From Candidatus Cloacimonadota bacterium (GTDB lineage: Bacteria; Cloacimonadota; Cloacimonadia; Cloacimonadales; TCS61), in contig DAOWES010000261.1 of NCBI GenBank assembly GCA_030638385.1, positions 1 to 33,816 of the forward strand: DNA of 33,816 nucleotides, in the 5' to 3' direction. A program made the translations under genes and the position numbers. The notes under the pieces are model-generated. The model searched no databases, had not been told where the DNA came from, and saw only the letters and a list, made by a program, of their open reading frames with translations. This document shows positions 15,850-23,515 of the stretch, in pieces. How positions within the stretch are numbered: position 1 is the stretch's first letter; the number at the start of each line of letters is the position of its first letter.

Positions 15850-16434
15850 AGAACTTCTTTTTGGCGATTGTTTTGCAAACTGCCTCGAAACCCTTCTTCA
15901 GGAATTCCACCCACCCTTTTGTTTCGACTTCTTTTCTTTTCTTTTGGATCCCATTAACTGCATAATTTATCAGCTCTTGTTCTTCGATTGTAAAGTCATT
16001 AAAATTCAATGTGAATCCTGAAACAAGGCATCTTGCATAATGAAGAATTTCATAAGCCTCAACACTTATTGGAATTTTTGGAGCATTAGAATTAATTATC
16101 CTGTCTAACTCGTTAATTATTATTTCCCGAAGTTTTCCAGATTTTTTTTTATAACAAAGTCGATGTCTTTCTTAGCATACTTCTCGAAGATCCTTTGCAT
16201 ATCTTCCGAAGTAACATCATCTTTTTGAGGGCATGGTGCAACAATTACATCCCAACAAATATCCACTGCAGAATTCATGTCACATTTAGCAGACATTTCA
16301 CCATCTTTCCCCTGAGAGATCCCCTTGATAACTAGAATTTTTGGTCCAAGCTGAAATGCTTTTCGGCCCATGATATGTTTACATTCGATTTCAGCTTCTT
16401 CCCCAGAATTAAGTTTTACTTTTTCTTTGGCCAT
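15848..16434 (-). CDS. Tail assembly chaperone, -1 frameshift (GT-like) product, about 190 aa
   Basis: The -1 frame is open from the A9 run to TAA at 15848-15850 (KSGKLREIIINELDRIINSNAPKIPISVEAYEILHYARCLVSGF...KTIAKKKF). No independent start or SD was seen for it. Confidence 0.6.
16120..16434 (-). CDS. Tail assembly chaperone, short (G-like) product, 104 aa
   Basis: Located between the major tail protein and the tape measure, as in siphoviruses generally. A class E promoter lies 21 nt upstream. Confidence 0.65.
   Translation of the reverse strand: MAKEKVKLNSGEEAEIECKHIMGRKAFQLGPKILVIKGISQGKDGEMSAKCDMNSAVDICWDVIVAPCPQKDDVTSEDMQRIFEKYAKKDIDFVIKKNLENFGK
16142..16150 (-). promoter_or_regulatory. 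Slippery site A AAA AAA (A9 on the coding strand) for -1 ribosomal frameshifting
   Basis: The zero frame reads ATA AAA AAA AAT, a canonical X XXY YYZ heptamer in the correct phase, 8 codons before the G stop. Confidence 0.6.
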
Positions 16435-16455
16435 AACAAAATTAACAAGACTATG

Positions 16456-16468
16456 TATTTAAATGTTT
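16456..16468 (-). promoter_or_regulatory. Class E TATA-like promoter inside the late module
   Basis: AAACATTTAAATACATAGTC, then 21 nt, then ATG 16434. Confidence 0.6.
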
Positions 16469-17407
16469 CTAAGAACTAGCAAATAAATCACCATCAATCG
16501 AAATATCCAAACCGATGTAATCGCAAGAAAGCTTCTTAGTCTCGTTATCATTATTCATATCCCTAGATCGAGTATTTGTTCGAGATGCAGCGATAGTGAA
16601 AACATGGTCATTGCTTGATCCTCTTGCAAGAGTCAAAACAATTGGAATATTAGATCTCTCATCTTCGTAACCGGTATCAATATTGTCATCCATTTCAGAT
16701 TCAAAAGATCCAGTAAGTGAGAGGTTATGCCTAATTATTCGATTGATCACTCTTCGGCCATTTGCAGATTCAACTTCTATTCCTCGGCCATCTTCCGGAG
16801 CAACATTCCAGTCCACTGCAATTGTGAACGTATCAAGGATAGTTGCATTTCCATCATAAGTAACAGTCGCATCAAGTCCTCTGAAAACATCTCCAACATT
16901 TGTTGATGGAGCAAGCGCCTCTGTAGCCGTAGCCAATTTCTGTGCCTGATAATTAAGAGACATTTCAACTGAAGCATCTTTGTTCACAGTGATCTCTCCG
17001 CCAGTGATACACATTCCAGTCATCTCTTTTGTTTTTCCTGTGGTCGTGTTGACCTTCATCGAGTAAGATAAATCGTCGGATGTAACTGGAGCCGTGATAA
17101 TTGTATAAGTTCCGTCACCATTGTCCGTAAAGTCACCGCATAAGGCCTTTAGAAGCACCGCCATTGAAGCTTTTGTGCATTTTGTGGTGATAGTACCACT
17201 TAAATTATAAAGATCATCATCAAGGTCGATAAGCGTATGTTCTGAATTCATTGAACTGATCTCTTCAACAGTATCATCTTCAGAAATTGTAATGTTTTGA
17301 ACATGGCCAAAATCCAATGCAGTGAATGGTGCCGGCTTTGTTCCGTAGGTAGACTCTTCTGCAATGATGTACTTATTTCCTACGTTGCTTAAAACTTCGG
17401 TTGCCAT
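16469..17407 (-). CDS. Major tail (tube) protein candidate (312 aa)
   Basis: Located immediately upstream of the chaperone pair. It has its own class L promoter and is beta-rich. Confidence 0.55.
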   Translation of the reverse strand: MATEVLSNVGNKYIIAEESTYGTKPAPFTALDFGHVQNITISEDDTVEEISSMNSEHTLIDLDDDLYNLSGTITTKCTKASMAVLLKALCGDFTDNGDGTYTIITAPVTSDDLSYSMKVNTTTGKTKEMTGMCITGGEITVNKDASVEMSLNYQAQKLATATEALAPSTNVGDVFRGLDATVTYDGNATILDTFTIAVDWNVAPEDGRGIEVESANGRRVINRIIRHNLSLTGSFESEMDDNIDTGYEDERSNIPIVLTLARGSSNDHVFTIAASRTNTRSRDMNNDNETKKLSCDYIGLDISIDGDLFASS

Positions 17408-17427
17408 AATTTATTGAGTTGGATTTT

Positions 17428-17443
17428 GTTTATATATTTATTT
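17428..17443 (-). promoter_or_regulatory. Class L TATA-like promoter
   Basis: Motif plus spacer plus ATG 17407. Confidence 0.6.
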
Positions 17444-17444
17444 A

Positions 17445-17939
17445 TTAATTGTTTGGATCTGAAATGTAGTGCATTTCGATGTAAACATTGAAGATCGTGT
17501 TTCGGTCTTTGTCGGTGTCGAATTCATCTCGTATCGGAAGGACATCCAAAAAACCCTGAGCCACCCAATAGTCATGATTCAATTGAATAAGGTTTGTAAC
17601 TTGTTGCCCGATGAATCCGGCGAACTCCTCGTCAGTATAATCCACTGAACCTTCTCCCTCGTCGTAAGTGTAATGATGGCCCATCCCAGTTTTTATTTGG
17701 ATCTGGATCTCATCAGAGTTTTCTGTGCTCGGATTCCCAATTGCAACGGGAAGTTTTAGTGATGGCTTATCCAATTTCAAAAGAAGAATTTTTGGAAATG
17801 GTGTGGCATCAAGATCGATCCTTCGATCATCATCATACACCCATGCAGAAGACCTATCATTTATTGGATCCACCAAATCAGCCTGAAGCTTTGCAGCAAT
17901 CTTTGCCGTTGCAGTATGAATATTCATCCCATTAACCAT
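17445..17939 (-). CDS. Head-tail joining / tail terminator candidate (164 aa)
   Basis: Called by synteny only (between the connector genes and the tail tube). It has its own class L promoter. Confidence 0.35.
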   Translation of the reverse strand: MVNGMNIHTATAKIAAKLQADLVDPINDRSSAWVYDDDRRIDLDATPFPKILLLKLDKPSLKLPVAIGNPSTENSDEIQIQIKTGMGHHYTYDEGEGSVDYTDEEFAGFIGQQVTNLIQLNHDYWVAQGFLDVLPIRDEFDTDKDRNTIFNVYIEMHYISDPNN

Positions 17940-17959
17940 AGTTGATTGAGTAAGAATCT

Positions 17960-17975
17960 TTTTATATATTTATTT
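17960..17975 (-). promoter_or_regulatory. Class L TATA-like promoter embedded in the 3' end of the upstream gene
   Basis: AAATAAATATATAAA encodes ...QINI-stop of ORF 17962..18423. It is followed by the spacer and ATG 17939. Confidence 0.55.
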
Positions 17976-18423
17976 GCTTGATCGACTTAACAGCCTTTAT
18001 CAGAAGTCGCTCCAAGAGTGGAGTATCTTTCTCAATATCTTCAATGACATTGTTAGGTTTTGTTCCAGGGTGTTTAACTTCCTTGAAGAAAAAGAATCCA
18101 TTTGATGTTGGAGATTGCGGAGAGATCGGAGCCTTGGGCCAATTGAATTTGAGTGCTTTACGGTTCTTAGGCCGGATGATATGAGGTTTTGTTCCCTGCA
18201 AATAATATCTCAGTATTTCATCATTGGAACCAATAATCCAGTCTGCACCTTCTTTTGAAATTGCAATCTTATTTCTAAATCTTTTTGGGAGCCTTAGAAT
18301 TATCTCCCTCTGAAGTTGGAATGCAAACCTTGTAAGAATGATATCCATAATCTTGTTTAAAGATTTCTGATCTAACGTGAGGAATCCTTCAACCACGATA
18401 TTTTCCAGTGCCAAACTTTCCAC
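17962..18423 (-). CDS. Head-tail joining protein, HK97 gp10-like candidate
   Basis: LQGTKPHIIRPKNRKALKFNW...FKEVKHPGTKPNNV resembles the gp10-family pattern. Synteny agrees. Confidence 0.45.
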   Translation of the reverse strand: MESLALENIVVEGFLTLDQKSLNKIMDIILTRFAFQLQREIILRLPKRFRNKIAISKEGADWIIGSNDEILRYYLQGTKPHIIRPKNRKALKFNWPKAPISPQSPTSNGFFFFKEVKHPGTKPNNVIEDIEKDTPLLERLLIKAVKSIKQINI

Positions 18424-18910
18424 GAAGAACTTTCAAGAATCTTGTTCTCTTGTCAATCCATTCAGCATAAATCGGATCAATAGTCTGATTCTTGAACGGA
18501 TTGAGACGAGTTCTAAAATTAACGATCGTATAGGCCCGCTCCAAAAGTTTATAATTTGGGGGGACGGAGTACACTTCAACACAATCCCCCGTGGTTAGAT
18601 CATCAACTTCAACACCACTGTTATTCCTAACTAAACGATATTCTGAATCATCCAATTCAACAAATTGTGTGGCCCCTGCAGATAAAACTCTCACTGAAGT
18701 TATCTTCGTCATATTGAAATAAGTGAAGAAGGTATTGTTCCCACGATTGTTTGCCACAAAAGAATCGAATTCAATGGACCTTTTCAAGTCAGAAACCATC
18801 TCCTCATTTGCATCATTGATATAGATTTGAATATCTTGATCCTCAAGGGTCTGATTCTCGGTTTCTAAAAGAAGCAGCTTCTTAATCTCTTCAATAGTGT
18901 TGTGTGCCAT
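18389..18910 (-). CDS. Head-tail connector/adaptor (gp6-like) candidate
   Basis: The N-terminus IEEIKKLLLLETENQTLEDQDIQIYINDANEEMVSDL matches the usual adaptor N-terminal helix pattern. It has a class L promoter. Confidence 0.55.
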   Translation of the reverse strand: MAHNTIEEIKKLLLLETENQTLEDQDIQIYINDANEEMVSDLKRSIEFDSFVANNRGNNTFFTYFNMTKITSVRVLSAGATQFVELDDSEYRLVRNNSGVEVDDLTTGDCVEVYSVPPNYKLLERAYTIVNFRTRLNPFKNQTIDPIYAEWIDKRTRFLKVLRGKFGTGKYRG

Positions 18911-18930
18911 AAGAAAATTAACTGAATCTT

Positions 18931-18945
18931 GTTTATATATTTAAT
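18931..18945 (-). promoter_or_regulatory. Class L TATA-like promoter
   Basis: ATTAAATATATAAAC plus spacer plus ATG 18910. Confidence 0.6.
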
Positions 18946-18948
18946 CAA

Positions 18949-20844
18949 CTAACTAGCGATTTCTAAAAATCCGGCCTGGACATTATAATCGATAGTCTTC
19001 CGATGTTCCTCATCGTCAGGGATCGTTCTTGTTTGTCCTGGAACAAACCATAACACCGGGCCATTAATCTCAAGCTTCCCAAGATTTACCTTCTTTAGGG
19101 CCCTTACTTTGATGAACTTCCCCTTGATTATTGGCCCTGTTTTTATAACCATGTCTGGAACTTTTTGAACTTCACTAAGGATCTTTTTCTTATTTGCCCT
19201 GGCTTGGGTGATCATGTGATTGAAGATCTCTTCATAATATTTGAGCATGATCGGCCAAGAGTGTTCATTTGCGAATACTCGTGCTGCAGCCCCATACTCC
19301 ATCCTATTTCTTGGATCCTTAAAATATTCAAGTGCATCATAGATTTCGGCCGCATTTCTTTTTGCCCAGAAGATCTCCATATTTTGACAGACATCACTAT
19401 GCCATCCGATCTCTGGAGTGATCACTGGAATTCCACTTGCCATTGCTTCGTTGATTGTGTTTGAACAACCTTCGGAATTTGAGGGTAAAAGAAGAACGTC
19501 AATCTTTTGATAGAAGTCTGGCATCTCTTCGAATGGAACTTGAGTGCCTGCAGTGTTTGAAGCGATCATTGTTTTTAATCCGGCCATGTCTGAGCAGTAG
19601 TCCACATAATTAATTCCCTTCAATTGCTTTTCAGATTCTTCCTTGGATCGGCCAACAAATCCAACAATGTAATCTTCACGATCGTGATGTTTCTTTTGTT
19701 TGAACTTCTTTGTGTTGACTCCGTTTGGTAAGACGAAACATTTCTGGCCACTTTTTGATTTCTTGATGAAATGATCTACAAGAGATTTTGCTTCGTTGTT
19801 TTGAACGATCACTCCGGCCTCACCTTTTCCATCAGCCATTTGCCGGTAAAATCTTGAGAAGAGAGAATCTCCCCCAGTTGTGATTGTTGAGAAACTTATG
19901 GCCCTTAAATCTGGCCTGATCTCTAAAAGCTTTTTGTGTCTGTAGGATCCACATCTCCCCCAAACTAGATCCCCCTTCCAGGCAAGCAGCTCGTTTCTCT
20001 GATGAGATACATTGTAAATAACTGTAACATCAAAATTGGATATCTTCATTACTTCTTTTACAGTTGTCGCATAACACCAATCACTATCGTCGACGTGGAT
20101 TAAGATTTTCCGATTAGATATCCTTCCCATAAACTCCAGGTACTTATCACTATATCCTGGATGCCTTGATTCAAGATCCTCAATGAATTTGTCATGAGTG
20201 AAATTAACATCATCCATATTCAAAGTTCCGGCACCAGTCCGGCCACGATCGCTCCAGGATGCAGCCTCTTGATCATAATAGAAGTTTGACCATCTGCCGA
20301 ATTCGATTGGATGCTTTTTTCCCTGCAGCTTACAAAGTGCAAGTTGATCAGAGTACCAATCTTTATCATGTTCGCCACATAACTTTTCGTATCGGGTTGC
20401 CTCTTCAGCAGAATTGATTCCGAAGATCTCACAAGCATAAACAGATTTTCCTTCAGCCTTTCCATAGTCTCGCCGCATCAAGAGAACGTCCCCCCGAGTG
20501 AATTTGTCAGTGATCTCGGAAACGTCACTTCGAATAAGCGCAGTCACATCGATCCACAAAACAGGTTCTTTGAATTTCTTGAATGCTTGATTGACAAATT
20601 TCCCTTTCAGATAAGTGACCTTGAAACATTTTCCTTCAGGATTATTCTTGCCCCTGGCCTCTGCCTCAACTCGATGAGATTTGAAAAGTATGTTTGGGAA
20701 TTGTTGTTTTAAGAATTGTGCTTTTTTGGAAGGTAAGTTTATGAGATTAACTAAGATTTTCTCGACGGTGTTTCCTTCGAGTCCACAAATGAAGTGGTGC
20801 AACCAATCAAGATATCCTTCAGTTGCCATTGTTACGATTACCAT
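18949..20844 (-). CDS. Two-domain glycosyltransferase (GT-A-like N-terminal domain + GT-B/GT4-like C-terminal domain), about 631 aa from ATG 20844
   Basis: The N-terminus MVIVTMATEGYLDWL...VLWIDVTALI is typical of nucleotide-diphospho-sugar transferases. The C-terminal domain carries the GT4 EX7E-type motif (NSEGCSNTINEAMASGIPVI). The track start at 20898 is a TTG. Confidence 0.7.
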   Translation of the reverse strand: MVIVTMATEGYLDWLHHFICGLEGNTVEKILVNLINLPSKKAQFLKQQFPNILFKSHRVEAEARGKNNPEGKCFKVTYLKGKFVNQAFKKFKEPVLWIDVTALIRSDVSEITDKFTRGDVLLMRRDYGKAEGKSVYACEIFGINSAEEATRYEKLCGEHDKDWYSDQLALCKLQGKKHPIEFGRWSNFYYDQEAASWSDRGRTGAGTLNMDDVNFTHDKFIEDLESRHPGYSDKYLEFMGRISNRKILIHVDDSDWCYATTVKEVMKISNFDVTVIYNVSHQRNELLAWKGDLVWGRCGSYRHKKLLEIRPDLRAISFSTITTGGDSLFSRFYRQMADGKGEAGVIVQNNEAKSLVDHFIKKSKSGQKCFVLPNGVNTKKFKQKKHHDREDYIVGFVGRSKEESEKQLKGINYVDYCSDMAGLKTMIASNTAGTQVPFEEMPDFYQKIDVLLLPSNSEGCSNTINEAMASGIPVITPEIGWHSDVCQNMEIFWAKRNAAEIYDALEYFKDPRNRMEYGAAARVFANEHSWPIMLKYYEEIFNHMITQARANKKKILSEVQKVPDMVIKTGPIIKGKFIKVRALKKVNLGKLEINGPVLWFVPGQTRTIPDDEEHRKTIDYNVQAGFLEIAS

Positions 20845-21114
20845 TTTATGAATATTGGACCCGGAGGTTTTACCCTCCAACTTATCACGTGATTGCAAAC
20901 TCCTGACCGAATCGGAATTTCTTCTTATCGGAGTGAAAGCTTAGGCCCCATTATTGTGTTGCGCACAAACCACACCCTGCAAGGAATGACCCAACCTTAC
21001 CCGAGATGCCAGTGTCCGTCGGGACCTTAGAGCATTGTCCTTGATGGTTAGTTTTTAGCCGACCCCAAAGAGTTACTTAGGCGAGGGGCTTTTGAATTCC
21101 CGATTCCGCAACAT
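20845..21114 (-). promoter_or_regulatory. G+C-rich structured leader / candidate cis-regulatory RNA (island B)
   Basis: The region runs from the predicted start at 21114 to the GT ATG. A 9-bp closing helix pairs 21098-21106 with 20909-20917, including a G-U pair that would be a C-A mismatch on the other strand. There is a CCCGA...TCGGG hairpin. A GGAGG-GTAAAA-CCTCC hairpin lies at 20863-20878. A 13-codon leaderless mini-ORF spans 21114..21073. Confidence 0.5.
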
Positions 21115-21135
21115 GAGATTCTATGTAATACTACA

Positions 21136-21143
21136 TATATAAA
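21136..21143 (-). promoter_or_regulatory. TATA-like promoter (TTTATATA) of the glycosyltransferase cassette
   Basis: The octamer is followed by exactly 21 nt and then an ATG (21114), the same geometry as the other 14 promoters. Confidence 0.55.
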
Positions 21144-21149
21144 ACTTTC

Positions 21150-21205
21150 TAAGAAAAAGAGTTTGTGGGGACCCGAAGGCCCCCGAATAAAAATAAAAAA
21201 ATAAT
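21150..21205 (-). terminator. Terminator after the capsid gene: T-rich run, GGGGGCC-UUCG-GGUCCCC hairpin, T-run
   Basis: The coding strand reads TTTTTTTATTTTTATTC GGGGGCCTTCGGGTCCCC ACAAACTCTTTTTCTT. The 7-bp stem (one G-U) has a UUCG tetraloop at 21167-21184. The wobble pair works only in the minus-strand RNA. Confidence 0.65.
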
Positions 21206-21215
21206 CTACTTAAGA

Positions 21216-22298
21216 TCAACTAGAGACTGTTTCCACAAGTCTGAAAACGGCTTCAGGCTGAATTACTTCAACACCATAAAGCTTCAAACCAATCACTTCC
21301 CAGTTTACTGTTGCGGATTTTCGTCCGTCTAGCATCTGGATAGCGCTGCCTTCAATCAAGTATTTACACCGATTAGTATCGACGATATACATGTTGTTAG
21401 CAGAAGCTTGAGTTGTCAAAACTACCTTCAAGCCCAAGAAGTCTTGGATTCGAGGGAATAATGATCCTTCGTTAACAGAATTATAACCTAGAGCTGCGAT
21501 CACATTTGAGTCCTTCAAGAAGTTCCCCCATGTAAAAGAGTTAGTAACAATAGCGTCAGGTAAAGCGTTCAATCCAATGTGAGCCATAACTCCAGTGATC
21601 AGATCACTATAAGTCATTGTGGAAGCCAACAGAGTATAATTGCTGTTAGCATTTGAGTCGGGACTAGCCGTTTCAATTGCTGCAACAATGTCTGTGTCCA
21701 CTTTTCGAGCAAGAGCATCTCCAATCTCAAACATCTGATCCTGAACTATGTCGATAATACCTTGCTGAATTAACTGTAAGGTAATAACTTCATAAGAGAA
21801 GATCCATGCCAATGTGATTGTAGCACTTCCATAATCATCGTTAGATGGGTCTGGGAGTTCTCCGGAGTCCGGAAGAGCTGCTGCAGTCTTAAGCGCACTA
21901 ATTGGAATCTTAACAGTCTCAACACCACTTGGGTTCACTGAAATAGTCCGGATGATTTCATTCATAACCAACTTAGGTCTGAATGCTCTCTCCACAATAT
22001 TTCGAACAATAGTTGTGTACAAAGCGCCATTGTTAGGGAAAGTCATATCCTCAGTACTCATTCCTTCGAAATCTTCACAGCTTGGCATTTCCATACCTAA
22101 AGCATTTTTGAAGAATTCTGTCCCACGCTTCTCGTGAGCATTAGATAAGAACGCATCCTCTTTCGCTAAATTCACATAGCTCTCAAGGATCTTTTTACCA
22201 AGCTTTTCAACAGTGTTTGTTTCAACCTCCATTGGAATTGCCTTGTTCTCTCTATCAGAGATTCGGATTTCTTTGCCTAAAAATTCTAATTTTTGCAT
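21216..22298 (-). CDS. Major capsid protein (HK97-fold type)
   Basis: 360 aa, directly downstream of the protease-scaffold gene. A GGGGG SD lies upstream and the strongest terminator follows. Size and position are canonical. Confidence 0.8.
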   Translation of the reverse strand: MQKLEFLGKEIRISDRENKAIPMEVETNTVEKLGKKILESYVNLAKEDAFLSNAHEKRGTEFFKNALGMEMPSCEDFEGMSTEDMTFPNNGALYTTIVRNIVERAFRPKLVMNEIIRTISVNPSGVETVKIPISALKTAAALPDSGELPDPSNDDYGSATITLAWIFSYEVITLQLIQQGIIDIVQDQMFEIGDALARKVDTDIVAAIETASPDSNANSNYTLLASTMTYSDLITGVMAHIGLNALPDAIVTNSFTWGNFLKDSNVIAALGYNSVNEGSLFPRIQDFLGLKVVLTTQASANNMYIVDTNRCKYLIEGSAIQMLDGRKSATVNWEVIGLKLYGVEVIQPEAVFRLVETVSS

Positions 22299-22331
22299 TT
22301 TTTTTGTCCCCCTTACAGTACGTTAGGTTTA

Positions 22332-23480
22332 TCAATATTGTCGGATTTTCTTTCGATTCGCCGAAATATCAACGATGTCTTTGCCTTCAGATTCATCTCC
22401 TTCCAGAGATTTCTTCTTGTTAGCAATTGACTCTTTTGTTGGGCATGGCTTCCCATGCTTAGAAGTAAATGTCTCCTCCTTGTTGGGTTCTAGTTCTTCA
22501 CCCTCTTCGGATTCATCAGGAGTATCAACATCTTCCGCACCCTCTTCTTCATTCAAAGTATCAATTTTTGACTCTGCAATTGCAAGCCTGTTTTCAAATT
22601 CATCATTCTTGGATTCAAGCTCAGAAACTTTGTTCTCAAGTTCAGTGATCCTTTCTTCAGGAGTCGCTTCTTCGTCTGCTTGCTCTTCACCTTCTGAATC
22701 AGCTTCTTCCTTTTTCCCGATTAGTGCTTCTTTGCCCTCTTCGTCAGTCTCTTCGGCCTCGGCTTCCTCAGTACCTTCTTCAGAACCTTCGTCCCCGTCA
22801 GCGGATTCGTCTTTGTCTTTTTCATCATCATCATCATCATCATCAGCTTCGTCTTCTTTATCGTCATCTTTGGCTTCTTCGGACCCCTCTCCTTCTGGAG
22901 ATTCTTCTTCAGAATCTTCTTTCTTCCCAACAGCATCAAGTGCGGCCTTTTCTTTCAAACTTTGAAGAACCTTCTTATCTCCAAGTGCATTTGCCAAAAA
23001 CATTGCGCTTTCAAGTCCTTCTTTTTCAGCGCTTGTGTTAGAAAACCCTGGAACAGTTACAGCGCTTAATTCAACATACTCTTTCACATCACATTCGTAA
23101 ATATTATCTTCCTCATTGAACTGAACATTTTCAACCATACATCCAACAGAAACAAACTTGATATCTCCTCGCTCAACTTTTCGGATGTACTCTTTTTCTT
23201 CAGGATCCACATCAGCTGAGTAGGTCAAATGAGAATCAGTTAATCCGGATTTTGTCACATGGCCAAGAGATCTTGCCGAATCATGATTAAACAAAAATGC
23301 AACACCTTGAAGAGACTTCGCAGCTTTCTTCACTGAATCAGGCCTATACCTCACACCGTTTCGAGAATCTTCATTAAGCGGCTGCGCATTTCCAGAAATC
23401 ATAATGGTTGCTTCCTTACCTTCGCCCTTCTTTTCAAACTGCATTTCTTCAGTATGGAATAATGTAATTGGTTCAGCCAT
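22332..23480 (-). CDS. Prohead protease - scaffold fusion (382 aa from ATG 23480)
   Basis: FLFNHDSARSLGHV and KFVSVGC match the HK97-type prohead protease His and Ser regions. The C-terminal 200 aa are extremely acidic (EADDDDDDDEKDKDE) with a coiled coil. A class L promoter lies 22 nt upstream of ATG 23480, so the track start at 23558 is rejected. Confidence 0.75.
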   Translation of the reverse strand: MAEPITLFHTEEMQFEKKGEGKEATIMISGNAQPLNEDSRNGVRYRPDSVKKAAKSLQGVAFLFNHDSARSLGHVTKSGLTDSHLTYSADVDPEEKEYIRKVERGDIKFVSVGCMVENVQFNEEDNIYECDVKEYVELSAVTVPGFSNTSAEKEGLESAMFLANALGDKKVLQSLKEKAALDAVGKKEDSEEESPEGEGSEEAKDDDKEDEADDDDDDDEKDKDESADGDEGSEEGTEEAEAEETDEEGKEALIGKKEEADSEGEEQADEEATPEERITELENKVSELESKNDEFENRLAIAESKIDTLNEEEGAEDVDTPDESEEGEELEPNKEETFTSKHGKPCPTKESIANKKKSLEGDESEGKDIVDISANRKKIRQY

Positions 23481-23502
23481 AATTCTTTTAGGAAAACATC
23501 TA

Positions 23503-23515
23503 TTTATATATTTAA
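23503..23515 (-). promoter_or_regulatory. Class L TATA-like promoter
   Basis: TTAAATATATAAA plus spacer plus ATG 23480. Confidence 0.55.

Noticed and set aside
15416-16021. Plus-strand ORF of 201 aa
   Set aside because: It is antisense to the tape measure and the frameshift-extended chaperone. Its Pro/Ser/Ile-rich composition is typical of the reverse frame of a Gly/Ala-rich gene, and no start signals are present.
4640-21040. Islands A and B as paralogous RNAs, based on shared TCTAAGGT, GCATCTC, CAAGGAC and GACGGA strings
   Set aside because: Shared 6-8-mers between two roughly 300-nt regions are expected by chance (about one 8-mer match). Their order also differs between the islands. Only the terminal GTCAGGAGT was kept, as a low-interest note.
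22375-23041. Long plus-strand ORFs 22375..22965 (196 aa, Ser-rich) and 22724..23041 (105 aa), and minus-strand ORF 22721..22939 (72 aa)
   Set aside because: They are alternative-frame or antisense shadows of the GA-rich acidic scaffold region. They are low-complexity (poly-Ser, poly-His, poly-Met/Lys), have no promoter or SD, and lie fully inside a well-supported gene.
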